64,000 nt of DNA from Octopus bimaculoides (lineage: Eukaryota), in contig NC_068989.1 in the NCBI RefSeq assembly GCF_001194135.2, forward strand, positions 42,278,774 to 42,342,773. Direction: 5' to 3'. The translations under genes were made by a program, and so were the position numbers. The notes below the pieces were generated by a model. The model had not been told where the DNA came from. It did no database searches and saw only the letters and a program-made list of their open reading frames with translations. Shown here in pieces: positions 26,301 through 37,178 of this stretch (the first letter of the stretch is position 1; each line of letters begins with the position of its first letter).

Positions 26301-29300
26301 NNNNNNNNNNNNNNNNNNNNNNNNNNNNNNNNNNNNNNNNNNNNNNNNNNNNNNNNNNNNNNNNNNNNNNNNNNNNNNNNNNNNNNNNNNNNNNNNNNNN
26401 NNNNNNNNNNNNNNNNNNNNNNNNNNNNNNNNNNNNNNNNNNNNNNNNNNNNNNNNNNNNNNNNNNNNNNNNNNNNNNNNNNNNNNNNNNNNNNNNNNNN
26501 NNNNNNNNNNNNNNNNNNNNNNNNNNNNNNNNNNNNNNNNNNNNNNNNNNNNNNNNNNNNNNNNNNNNNNNNNNNNNNNNNNNNNNNNNNNNNNNNNNNN
26601 NNNNNNNNNNNNNNNNNNNNNNNNNNNNNNNNNNNNNNNNNNNNNNNNNNNNNNNNNNNNNNNNNNNNNNNNNNNNNNNNNNNNNNNNNNNNNNNNNNNN
26701 NNNNNNNNNNNNNNNNNNNNNNNNNNNNNNNNNNNNNNNNNNNNNNNNNNNNNNNNNNNNNNNNNNNNNNNNNNNNNNNAGCATGGCCGCAGTCAAATGA
26801 CTGAAACAAGTAAAAGAGTAGGCACTGGTATGACTGTGGTAAGAAGCTTGCTTCCTAACCACATGGTTTTGGGTTCAGTCCCACTGTGTGACACCTTGGG
26901 CAAGTGTCTTCTACTATAGCCATGGGCTAACCAAAGTCTTCTGAATGGATTTGGTAGGGGGTAACTGAAAGAAGTCCATCGTGTGTGTGTGTGTGTGTAT
27001 GAGTGCAGGTGTGGCTGTGTGTGTGTGTGTGTGTGTATGAGTGCAGGTGTAGCTGTGTGGTAAGAAGCTTGCTTCCCAACCACATGGTTCCAGGTTCAGT
27101 CTCATTGTGTGGCACCTTAGGCAAGTATCTTCTACTATAGTCTCAGGCTCACCCAAGCTTTTGAGTGGATTTGGTAGATGGAAACTGAAAGAAACTCATT
27201 GTCTCTCTATATAAATGTGTTTGTGTGTGTATGTTTGTCTACCACCACTCGACAACCAGCATTGGTGTGTTTACATCCCCATAACTTAACAATTCGGCAA
27301 AGAAACCAATTGAATAAGTACCTGGTTTAATGAAAAAAAAAATAAGGACTAATGTTGATTAGTTTGACTAAAATTCTTCGAGGCGGTGCACCAGTACGGC
27401 CACAGTCTAATGACTGAAACAAGATAAAGACCATAGAATTAAAAAAATGAATAAATAAGTAAAACATTTCCCACCCCTCATTTATTGTGAAAAGCACTCC
27501 AGCCATGACCATTCTGACTTATGATAGACAGTGACTATCAAGGACAACAAGACAATGAGGTATTATCTAACCATATGGAATTCAGATGACTCTGTCAAAT
27601 GTAAAGCTTATTTATTCACATTGTTTTGAATTAATCATGCGTTATCTCATAGCCTCAAGATTTTGTTGATGTGAAAGGTAGTGAGCTGGCAAAATCGTTA
27701 GTATGCTGGGCGGAATGCTTAACGGCATTTTGCCAATCTTCACATTCATCATCATCATCATTATTTAACGTCCGCTTTCCATGCTAGCATGGGTTGGACG
27801 CTTTTACTGAGGACTGGTGAACCAAATGGCTACACCAGGCTCCAATCTGATTTGGCAGAGTTTCTACAGCTGGATGCCCTTCCTAACGCCAACCACTCCA
27901 AGTGTATTTAAACACACTTCATACAATGCTTTCCTTTACCTCAATTTCTGTTTTCCTCTTATATTTCCTGAATGGGACAGCTTTAGGAATTATGTTTTTT
28001 GTTTATAATAAATATTTCTCATAAAGTAGAAGTGATGAATAAATAGCAATGATAATGGATGTTTTGGGGGTCTTTTTTGTTTTTTGCTTTTTCTTCAGGC
28101 AAAAAGAAATGTCTTTATGCTTATTTGTGTGTATTGTTTTAATATTAATAGGAAATATAAGAGGAAAACAGAAATTGAAGTAAAAGAAAGCATTGTATGA
28201 AGTGTGCTTAAATACACACTCTCGGATGAGTTCAAATTCCGCTGAGGTCAACTTTGCTTTTCATCCTTTCGGGGTTGATAAAATAAGTACCAACTAAGCA
28301 TTGGGGTTAATGTAATTGATTTACCCTACCCCACCAAAAACGCTAGCCTGGTGCCAAAATTTGAAACCAACAGTGTCAATAATTATTTTGAAAATGACAT
28401 TGTAGGCTATGCTTAAGATGCTGAACCAGGCTGATTTGAACATAAAACAGGTAGAATATTTGGACCACATTTGATCAGTTTAAATGCCTAGGGTCAAAGG
28501 GTAGTGGCTAATTCTAGTAGGTCAAATGCTTAATTCCTCTTTATTTGGTTACTCTAAATGTAATGTAACACAGGTATACCTACATGTGACATGGATACAC
28601 CAGTAACAAAGCATGGACATACCCATATGTGATACAGGTTTTACTAACAATGTGACACAGACATACCTGTAATATGATATGGATGATCAGTAATGTGACA
28701 TGGATACGCCAGTATGTCATTTGGGTATGCTAATTAATGTGGCATGGGTATACCCATTAATGCAAAATGGGTATACAAGTAATGTGAAACAAATACACCA
28801 ATAAGTGACATGAGCACATCAGTATGTGACATAGATACAACAGCAAGTGACAGGAGAAAACCAGTAAGTGATAGAAGTACACCAGTATATTACTGGGGTT
28901 CACCAGTTTGTGACAAGAGTACAACAGTTCATGACAAGAGTACACCAGTATGTGGCATGGGCTTACTAATATGTAACACAGGAACACTAGTCTATGACAA
29001 GAGCATGCGAATATGTGACAGAGATATAATGAGAGCATTAATATTAGTTTCAGATGAACACATCAATAGGTTAGGATGGTGTTGTCTCCCTTAGTATGCG
29101 AACCTGAATTTGAAACCAACTCTAGTTGACCATAACAATTTGTGTTACCATATACATTTCTGGTAAAATAAGAAATATAGTTAAATAACTCCACCATTAT
29201 TAAGCTGATGTTTGGAACATAAATTAACATGAAATTTCAATGGGAAGTTTGAATTTATATTACATTAAAACCTTAAGTTCATAGCATAAAACCAAGGGTG

Positions 29301-32091
29301 GTCTCAGGCAGTTTGGTATGAAAAGGGTTGATCTTAGATTAAAGAACTCAGCTGCATGAAATACCAATTAAAAACTACAGAACATGTAGTTCCTTTCTTT
29401 AATGGTGTACAACAACGTCTGGGTATTCAATAGAATAACAGGAATATCACCTGGATGATCAATACTTCAGATATCAACATAAGCCCTTAAGTTGTGTTCT
29501 CTGATCAACACAAAACCCACTGGCTCAATTCAGTTAACCATGTACGAAGACAATGAAGAGGTCGCAAATTCTCTTAGAAACCTTTAGAGAGCATTATGGA
29601 ATATAATATAATAGGTTCCACAATGGCTGTGTGGTTAAGAATTTTGTTTCACGACCATGTGGTTTCGGGTTCAGTTCCATAGGGGTGTCACTTTAGGCAA
29701 ATGTCTTTTATTATAGCCCAGGATTGATCAAAGTCTTATGAATAAATTTGATAGGCAGAAGTATAAAGAAGTGTGTGTGTGTTTGAGCATGCATGTATGT
29801 TTTTGTCTTCTTGTCTTTACACTGCATGCTAAATGTTAATAACCATCACTGTCATACAATTGGTGTTTTTTTTTTCCTTTTGCAAACTTCCATAAAAGCA
29901 TGTCTGGACTAGGGGAAAATATTACCTTGCTTGCAAGGTGAGGGCTGATGATAGGAAGAACATCCCGCTATAGAAAAATCAGCCTCAATGAATCCTGTTT
30001 AATCCATGCAAGCATGGACAAGAAGACATGAACATAATGTTGCTGACGATGATGATGATGAAGCCTGCTAATGCTTTGATCAACTAAGCCATTTTAGTCA
30101 GATCAATGATCTGAGTAAGGATCAAAAGCTCATCCATCGTAGATAGACTTCAATATCTGGTGCAGGGGACACCAAATTGATCCAAGAATAGAATATGAGA
30201 ATGTTCAAGGGAAAACAAAGCAGCAAGGAGAAGGAATAATTACAAGAGGAAGATGAAAAGAAAGAGGTACTACTACTTCCTTGAAGATGTAGAACTAAAT
30301 ACATACCTTAGATATAAGGAGCTCATTCTGTCTGGTAGCAGCACCATTTTGTCGGGGGGTCACATAGGAAACAGGATCTCCAGGAATATTAGAAGAATCA
30401 GTCAAAACTTGTCTGTTTTGGGGTAACTAGATTAAATAAAAGTGAGTGGGGGAAAGGAAAAACAAAATATTATATATACATGGAAATGATCATGTATATA
30501 TATGTACACACACACACACACACATTTTGTTATCCATTTGTACTCTGTGACAGAGCTGCCTTAGTCGCCTTAAAGGCCCTTGGGCAAGCTAATGAACTGG
30601 TGCAGATTTATAGTACCTATTTATTGACAGCAAACCAAAGTATAACTAGATCAAAATTGGGCCCCTTTTGTTGTGAGGCCGCTGGGCAACTTCCCAGTGT
30701 GCTCATACCTTAAGACATCACTGCTCTGTGACATGTACAACTGTAGGTTCCTACAAAATGGTATGTGAACTATCATATGAGTTCCCCTCACAGTCTCCCT
30801 TCAGATAAATGCAAATACATATGCAGTTCTAAATACTTGCCATTTGTTGCATAACACAAATTTTAAATCACATCAAATCTATCTCTCTCTAAAGCACTCA
30901 GCACACACTGTAAAGTGGATGGCATTAGGAAGGGCATCCAGTAGTAGAAACCAAGCCAAATCAGACTGGAACCTGGTGCAGCTCTCCTATTTTCCAGCTC
31001 TAGTCAACCTGTCCAACACATGCCAGCATGGGAAACAAATGGAGGAGGAGGAGGACAGAGAGTTAGATAGATAGATAGACAAATAGCCAGATCGATACAC
31101 AGACAAATAAACAGACAGACTGATAGACAGACAGGTAGATAAATAGACATGTAGTTAGACAGATTTTTTAACAGTTTGACTTGGTTCTATATGACAATAT
31201 TTTGTGATCATGTAGGATGCATCCACCTCATCAAACTCTCATCAGATGTGATGGACATGTCCTAAAAACAGCCAGACAAGACCATGTATACCTATGTGCC
31301 TATCTCTACAATAGCATCATCCTACCTTCACTCTAGTACACAAAAAAAGATGCGGGTTACACATGGAAAGAAGAACAAGGACTGGCTATGACATGGAGGG
31401 TTATGGAAAGATCCATGCCAGGGATATCATTGGGGGATGCAAAGGAGGTAAATTTGAGAACAGAGCAGAATGAATATTGTTATTACAGAATGCCGAAAGC
31501 ACACATCTATTAGGTTGCTCATGCTGCAAAGCTCACAGAGTATAGGTGTAGCTGTGCAATTGTCAGGTGGTAGTCAAGAGACCAGAAGCTACTTAGAAAC
31601 CTTCTAGTTAATGAGGTGACAACATAGTTGGACAACCTAGGACCAAAGGAAAGAGAAGGGTGTTGTGAAGAGAAGGAAATGTCTAGTGACCAGTGATGTG
31701 CAAGGACATCTGATAGTCTGGTCAGAAATAAAGATATATAAGTATGATTACATATATTACACTACATTATATATATATATACATACATACACACAAGAAA
31801 TAAATATTATGACAAATAATATTACTTTCCAGCAAGAATAAAACACCATAAAGGTGGAATTATAAATATACAAAACAGATGTACACAAAGTAAAATCATT
31901 AATAAAAATAGCAGTTGGTGAGCTATCAGTGCTATGTAGAGCTTCACTGAAAGTTTACAGGCAGAGATGTTTGCAGGTGGCGAATATAGGAAAATTCTGT
32001 CTTATCTCTACAGAGACCATTAGAGGAATGAAGGATAATTCAATACTGGCTGCTATTTCTAGCAATGCATATACTTCGTGTACATCTGTTT

Positions 32092-32128
<37 letters not shown>

Positions 32129-32760
32129 TTAAATCTCTACCAAATATTTGGTAAAATATTGTACCCGTTATCAAAGTAGCAAAATTCTCACTTGAAAAGT
32201 TGTTTATACTTTGTTTAAATATAAAGACTTTCAAATATGTGATACAATTTTGGGTGCATATCAATTTAAATAAGAGCCATAACGCAATCCTGGCTCTTAT
32301 TTAAACTGGGGTACATCCTTGAAGAAATTTTGGTCAAATGAATTGACCTCAGTGCTTACTTTTTTTTTAAAGTCTGGTGCTTATTCAATTGGTTTCTTTT
32401 TCACTGAACTGTGAAGTTAAAGGGATGTAAACAAACTAACACTGGTCATCAAGCAGTGGTGGGGACAAACACTAAGACACACACACACAAGAGGCTTCTT
32501 ACCACACAGCCACATAGTTTTTAATCATTTTACNNNNNNNNNNNNNNNNNNNNNNNNNNNNNNNNNNNNNNNNNNNNNNNNNNNNNNNNNNNNNNNNNNN
32601 NNNNNNNNNNNNNNNNNNNNNNNNNNNNNNNNNNNNNNNNNNNNNNNNNNNNNNNNNNNNNNNNNNNNNNNNNNNNNNNNNNNNNNNNNNNNNNNNNNNN
32701 NNNNNNNNNNNNNNNNNNNNNNNNNNNNNNNNNNNNNNNNNNNNNNNNNNNNNNNNNNNN

Positions 32761-32792
<32 letters not shown>

Positions 32793-35700
32793 GTGTGTTT
32801 ATCCCCCAACATCGCTTGACAACCGATGCCGGTGTGTTTACATCCCCGTAACTTAGCGGTTCGGCAAAAGAGACCAATAGAATATGTACTAGGCTTATAA
32901 AGTACAAGTCCTGGGGTCGATTTGCTCAACTAAAAGTGGTGCCCCAGCATGGCCGCAGTGAAATGACTGAAACAAGTAAAAGAATAAAAGAAGAATGTCT
33001 TATTTTGTTTGTACATAGAATCATAAAGGAAAGTGTTCTGACATGTACCCTAGTTTGTTGACCATTCATCAAAGGACAAGTAACCTCACATTCCTCTGTC
33101 CATTAAAAGTCTATTTAATCACCACTATTTAAATCAAACACAAACATTTAACCATGAAGGTTAGATTTATTTGCAAACTCTATGTAACTGACAAGAAGAC
33201 CTGTCCACCACAACAAAATCAAGACCCTAAAACCAATGTGCCACATAAAAAGCATTGGTGTGGATGCTGGTTCCACATAAAAAGCACCAGTGCTGATGCC
33301 AAGTAAAAAGCATTGGTGATGGCACCATGCAAAAGGCACCCAGTATACTCTGTAAAGTGGCTGGCATTAGGAAGGACATCCAGCCCTAGAAACCAAACCA
33401 AAACAGCGACCCTGGCCTTGTCAGTTCCTGTCAAGCCATCCAGCCTATGCCAACGTCTAAAACAGACATTAAATGATGATGATGAACACAGTATAGTATA
33501 TATAAGACGACCCAAGATAAATTTAAAGTTAAAGTACAAACTTTAATGATTTTGCTGCGAAACTTTAAACAGCTGTGAATGTATTGTGTTATGCTTGTTA
33601 ATCTTAATTATTCAGTCAAGTCATCTACAAATACATGCTTTGAGAATTAGTCTAGCCACTAAGGTGAAATTTTAGTCAGTGTCCCATATAACTAGCCATC
33701 AACTTTAGACTCTAGCAGTAGGTACTGATGCGTTGATCAGTGGCTAATGAAACTTGAAATATATCAGAATAATCTGACATATACATACATGAATGCATAC
33801 ACACACACATATATAAATACTCATACATGTATAGATATGTACACATACATATTAATACAAATATGCATACATACACTTCAATACAAATATGCATACATAC
33901 ACATACATATAGAGATACATAGAGGTATGTATACAGACACAAATAGACAGGCATAGATACATGGACACATATAAATGGACACATACACAAATACAAACAT
34001 ACATAGATTAATACACATACAGATACAAACATACACATATAAATACAAACACATGCACACATCTTCTTTCCTACAGGCCCCAGGATCCATAAAGCTGATT
34101 ACTCACTTTCCATGGTGTCCCACTGAATGGGATGCCAGTCTGCTACATGATTCAAGCTTAGCAAAATTTTTTTTATTTTTAGAGAGGGGATATGTCGATT
34201 ACATTGACCCCAGTGCTTAGTGCTCAACTGGTACTCAATCCAATGACCGTGAAGGATGAAAAGCAAAGTCAACATCAGCAGAATTTGAACTGAGAACATA
34301 AGTATGGCTGAAATGCTGCTAAGTATTTTGCCGAGCATGCTAACGATTCTACCAGCTTGCTACCTTAATAGTAGAATTAATGATGCTTTCAAATTTTGGC
34401 ACAAAACCAGCATGTTCGGGGGAGGGGTAAGTTGATTATACTGACCCCAGTGCTCAACTGGTACTTAATTCATCAACCCGAAGAGGATGAAAGGCAAAGT
34501 CAGAACATAAAGATCAATGAAATGCCAATAAACATTTTGCTCCACTTGCTGCCTTAAAAAAGAATGGAAAGCAAAGTTAGCCTCAGTGGAACTTGAACTC
34601 AGAACATAAAGAGTCAAAAGAAATGCCGTTAAACATTTTGGCAAATGTGCTAATGATTCTGTCACATTGTCACCTTACAAGTTGGTTGTACCGACCTCAG
34701 TACTTGACTGTTAATTTGTTTTATTGTCCTCAAAGGGATGAAAAATAAAGTTTCTTCAATAAGATTTGAACTCAAAATGTAAAAAAGTCAGAAGAAATGC
34801 CACTAAGCATTTTGTCCAATGTACTAATGGCTGTCAGCTTGCAGCCTTTACTTGGATATATACATATATGTACATACATGTACATAGATACACACATAAA
34901 CATTGACACATGCATGCACGCATACGTCAACAAATGCATACACCCACACATTAAACACACACATACATGCACATCGACACACATGGGTGAATAAACACAC
35001 ACATACACATACACACTATACATTCACACTGACAGATGCACACATGCACATCAACGCATGCATATATGTACATAGATATATGAATGAGGTGGGGATGTAA
35101 TTATTTTCTATGTTTATATTAAGATAAATCTTTGTGCATATAGTCTTTATGTGCAATAGGATTTCATGGCAAAGATTCGGAATTAGAAGCAGGCACTGAA
35201 AATGAGATGTTATCTTAGGCATCTCATACTTGAACCACATCCTGAATGAGCAGGTCCGTGAACCCATCTAGCATCATACTGGACCCTATTAGACTTTCTA
35301 ATAAAATATGGGTGGTGGTGGTGGTGGGGGGCGGGCTGAGATAAGATGGCTATATAGTAATATCTAATGGCCTTGCAAAACCCATTCTTCAAGAAACTGT
35401 AGAGAGAAGAAATGGGAGAGACATTTAGAAAAAAAGATGGACAGACAATGTCAAGTAATGACAAAGCAAGCAGTGAAGATCTTTAGTCTGACACCTAACT
35501 ATAACAAACTGAAGAAACTGGTGTACAGCATGTTAAACAACATCCCAATGGCTTCATCAGAAGTTGAAAGCCCAAGACAAGACATAGTATTTATATATGG
35601 ATTGAATTAATCTGATTTTTGTGAGTGTGTATGAGCGTTTGTGCATGGCTTCTTTCTTTTTCCCTTTTCCTTTTAATAAATTTTTTCTATTTTTTTCTTT

Positions 35701-37178
35701 ATTGATTCTACTATCAATGTATTTCCACTACCTGCACCATTCTTGCTGCATTGTTTGTTGTGAACCATATCTAGACCATTTTTTAAAGATGAACTTATTT
35801 TAAAATCTTCACTATAGGCACAAGAGTGGCTGTGTGGTAAGAAGCGAGCTGGCAAAAACGTTAGTACGCCAGGTGAAATGCTTAGTGATATTTCGTCTGC
35901 TGCTACGTTCTGAGCCCAAATTCCGCCGAGGTCAACTTTGCCTTTCATCTTTTCGGGGTCAATAAATTAAGTACTAGTTATGCACTGGGGTCGATGTAAT
36001 CGACTTAATCTGTTTGTCTGTCCTTGTTTGCCCCCTGTGTTTAGCCCCTTGTGGGCAATAAAGACATAAGAAGCTTGCTTCCCAACCACATGGTTCCGGG
36101 TTCAGTCTCGTTGCGTGGCGCCTTGGGCAAGTGTCTTCTACTATAACCTCGGGCCAACCAAAGCCTTGTGAGTAGATTTGGTAGGCAGAAACTGAAAGAA
36201 GCCTGTTGTGTGTGTGTGTGTATGTATATATATATATGTGATTGTATTTGTGTCTGTGTTTGTCCACTCCAACCATTGTTTGACAACCGATGTTGGTGTG
36301 TTTACGTCTCCATAACTTAGCAGTTCAGCAGAAAAGACTGATAGAATAAGACAGCTGACTTGATGCAGTTCTCTGACTTTCCAGCTCCAGTTAAACTGTC
36401 CAACCCATGCCAGCATGGAAAACACATGTTAAACAATGACAACAATGATGATGACCCTGAAAGGATGAAAGGTAAAGTTGACTTCAGCTGGTTTTGAACT
36501 GAGAATGTAAACGGCCAGAAAAAATACTATCAGTCATTTATTTTCCGACACTAGTAACTCTGTCAATTAATGCTCAAAACACCATAAAGAGATAATTTTG
36601 TAGATTTTAGAAAAACTATGTGAAGAATGAGGAGTGGCTGTGTGGTAAGTAGTTTGCTTACCAACCACATGGTTCCGGGTTCAGTCCCACTGCATGGCAC
36701 CTTGGGCAAGTGTCTTCTACTATAGCCTCGGGCCGACCAAAGCCTTGTGAGTGGATTTGGTAGACGGAAACTGAAAGAAGCCCGTCGTATATATGTATAT
36801 GTATGTATATATATATATGTGTGTGTGTGTGTGTTTGTCCCCCCACAACTTCGCTTGACAACCGATGGTGGTGTGTTTATGTCCCCGTAACTTAGCGGAT
36901 CAGCAAAAGAGACCGATAGAAAAAGTACTAGGCTTACAAAGAATAAATCCTGGGTCGATCTGCTCGACTAAAGGCGGTGCTCCAGCATGACCGCAGTCAA
37001 ATGACTGGAACAAGTAAAAGAGTAAAGAGTAAAAGAGAATGAGAGAAAGATAGATAAAGAGAGAGAGAGGGATGGAAGGGGAGAGACTCACCTCAAGATT
37101 ATTTCTTTCCTTCTGCAGTTTAGTTTTCTGTTCTCGAATAAATTGGTCAATATCAGTTTCTGTCATAGCGGCAACCAT
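220..37178 (-). CDS. CSPP1: CSPP1 orthologue, 5' part: 11 coding exons, 469 codons, 3' end beyond the window
   Basis: All introns are GT-AG and phase-compatible, with no internal stop. Motifs match vertebrate CSPP1 as I recall it: DIDQFIREQKTKLQKERNNLE ~ [44 protein letters not shown] ~ [40 protein letters not shown] ~ IQRRKEKYRLELLEQM; IDDAYRFYG ~ YDDAYYFYG. No database search was run. Confidence 0.88.
816..959 (-). CDS. CSPP1: CSPP1 coding exon 10 (PPLDSQHPQLSGRFTG...PPLPPSLLYEP)
   Basis: Acceptor tattaatatttcag|, donor ATC|GTAAGT, 144 nt, phase 2-2; proline-rich like the vertebrate PPPPLLPP segment. Confidence 0.86.
1900..2240 (-). mobile_element. tRNA-headed SINE, family 'C' (other copies about 7255-7590, 11800-12110, 17685-18025)
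   Basis: Four clearly homologous ~340 bp copies sharing gaccatgggattgcacctagaaagtt...gtgaaataaagtgtcttgctc...ctaaccactgagcc. The reverse strand begins with A-box-like TGGCTCAGTGG and B-box-like GTT(C/T)GATTCC motifs. Confidence 0.8.
2475..2582 (-). CDS. CSPP1: CSPP1 coding exon 9 (EEKEMSKKIYEPLLPFGQAKKETQPATKDILQDYR)
   Basis: Acceptor tattatatttctaaag|, donor AAG|GTAATA, 108 nt, phase 2-2. Confidence 0.87.
2903..3121. mobile_element. TTAA-flanked MITE, piggyBac-like termini (related copies 14025-14187, 22455-22663)
   Basis: TTAA|CCCTTTAGCATT ... AACGCTAAAGGG|TTAA; no coding capacity; multiple copies in the window. Confidence 0.8.
5077..5167 (-). CDS. CSPP1: CSPP1 coding exon 8 ([29 protein letters not shown])
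   Basis: Acceptor tatttattcaacag|, donor ACT|GTAAGT, 91 nt, phase 1-2; coiled-coil motif typical of CSPP1. Confidence 0.9.
7046..7617. mobile_element. TTAA-flanked non-autonomous element with a nested SINE
   Basis: TTAA(T)CCTTTTG...CAAAAGGGTTAA ends; the SINE is bracketed by a duplicated TTCAAGCAGG. Similar internal sequence occurs at about 3130-3330, 19740-19900 and 29150-29330. Confidence 0.65.
7828..8002 (-). CDS. CSPP1: CSPP1 coding exon 7 (LPQSHPLPTLP...EETYATLPL)
   Basis: Acceptor ttcattttcttgttag|, donor TAG|GTCAGT, 175 nt, phase 0-1. Confidence 0.87.
9340..9575 (+). mobile_element. tRNA-derived SINE, family 'B' (many copies, e.g. 4820-5010, 8320-8450, 21265-21470, 25750-25950, 34150-34800, 35845-36070, 37830-38040, 38935-39150)
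   Basis: Shared gagctggcagaatcgttagcac...ttctgagttcaaattcc (B box)...gactttgcctttcatcctttcggggtcgat...aagtaccag in both orientations. Confidence 0.8.
9740..10146 (+). mobile_element. 5'-truncated RTE LINE (C-terminus, 3'UTR and (ATG)n tail)
   Basis: Degenerate VEGTCGRGRVRKTWDEVMKCDL matches the end of the RTE at 15.4-17.1 kb; ends in gatgatgatgatg. Confidence 0.75.
10880..11030 (-). CDS. CSPP1: CSPP1 coding exon 6 (QYQPTLNEEIESRLRR...LDSKISP)
   Basis: Long T tract then ttag|, donor CCT|GTAAGT, 151 nt, phase 2-0; lies within ORF-track 10649-11095(-). Confidence 0.88.
12580..12607 (+). ncRNA. Minimal hammerhead-ribozyme-like motif (Penelope-associated repeat)
   Basis: CTGATGA-A-GAGC-tat-GCTT-GAAA-TGTT: intact CUGAUGA and GAAA core with a 4-bp stem II. 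Activity unproven. Confidence 0.45.
12944..13083 (-). CDS. CSPP1: CSPP1 coding exon 5 (DVFGVEKPLLRNRLKAIENTESSEPNKHIKWANGPHERSRDEPNTS)
   Basis: Acceptor tatttatatcccag|, donor CAG|GTAATG, 140 nt, phase 0-2; exactly bridges exons 4 and 6. Confidence 0.87.
13586..13796. mobile_element. Mariner-derived MITE (second copy 47758-47968)
   Basis: TA-flanked; TIRs (C/T)GAGGGG(G)TGCTGAAAAGTTC; the interior keeps a remnant of the transposase C-terminus (...CNKCVNLK.EYV). Confidence 0.8.
14884..15051 (-). CDS. CSPP1: CSPP1 coding exon 4 (LNSQRQTT...[25 protein letters not shown])
   Basis: Acceptor tttgtttgtttag|, donor GGG|GTAAGT, 168 nt, phase 0-0; contains a conserved CSPP1 motif. Confidence 0.92.
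15400..17139 (+). mobile_element. Internally deleted, degenerate RTE-clade LINE (APE endonuclease, partial RT, C-terminus, 3'UTR)
   Basis: VGTVNVGTL...VDVCCIQEVRWRG...GVGILLAEKW (APE); LYLAFVDLEKTFDRVP (RT); RRLRWYGHVMCM...RPRKTWDEMVKYDL; (ATG)n tail at 17118-17139. It has stops and frameshifts and is far shorter than a full RTE. Confidence 0.9.
17149..17280 (-). CDS. CSPP1: CSPP1 coding exon 3 (ENEMTIPQLESPARKNLSRQELNIGRLERQLNELRAMSVSAGEK)
   Basis: Acceptor gattgcaaatttaag|, donor AAG|GTAAAA, 132 nt, phase 0-0, open, coiled-coil-like. Confidence 0.8.
24200..25290 (-). mobile_element. CR1/L2-group non-LTR retrotransposon, 3' fragment (degenerate RT)
   Basis: VTSDVQQGIVFGLLLFIVYVNNL...KIFADDSKL (RT motifs), then VDNNLSWSAHINN...WILRTFQSR...LKYCCPLWSP and a C-terminal IPDNPPIPGY..NKNSLLEW; many stops. 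Confidence 0.85.
28560..29035. repeat. Degenerate 21-22 bp minisatellite, about 22 units
   Basis: Consensus approximately AGTA(A)TGTGACA(T/A)G(G/A)GTACACC, read by eye. Confidence 0.85.
30307..30426 (-). CDS. CSPP1: CSPP1 coding exon 2 (LPQNRQVLTDSSNIPGDPVSYVTPRQNGAATRQNELLISK)
   Basis: Acceptor cacttttatttaatctag|, donor AAG|GTATGT, 120 nt, phase 0-0, open. The junction LLISK/ENEMTIP resembles vertebrate ILISMAKENIPP. Confidence 0.8.
35340..35560 (+). mobile_element. RTE/BovB-like LINE C-terminal relic
   Basis: Degenerate GLAKPILQETVE...KKRWTDNVK resembles the BovB-type GLAKTILQGTV...KRWEDNIK. Confidence 0.6.
36629..37030 (+). mobile_element. tRNA-headed SINE, family 'A', well-preserved copy (older copies about 15110-15300, 18490-18800, 26820-27430, 32760-32990, 53060-53290)
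   Basis: A-box-like TGGCTGTGTGG, B-box-like GGTTCAGTCCC, internal (TA)/(GT)n, 3' gcatggccgcagtcaaatgactgaaacaagtaaaag; CpGs retained in this copy. Confidence 0.82.
37092..37178 (-). CDS. CSPP1: CSPP1 coding exon 1 (MVAAMTETDIDQFIREQKTKLQKERNNLE)
   Basis: ATG at 37178-37176; donor GAG|GTGAGT; probable acceptor tttgatacttccag| puts the exon 5' edge at 37193; 87 coding nt, ends phase 0. Confidence 0.9.

Noticed and set aside
33712-35100. His/Thr/Tyr- or Cys/Val/Met-rich ORFs (also 67-252, 37331-37761, 51643-52032, 53636-54046)
   Set aside because: They are translations of (CA)n/(TACA)n/(GA)n microsatellite-derived sequence.
36629-36705. tRNA gene (also other SINE heads)
   Set aside because: A/B-box-like motifs are present but there is no complete cloverleaf, and the sequence continues into a SINE body.
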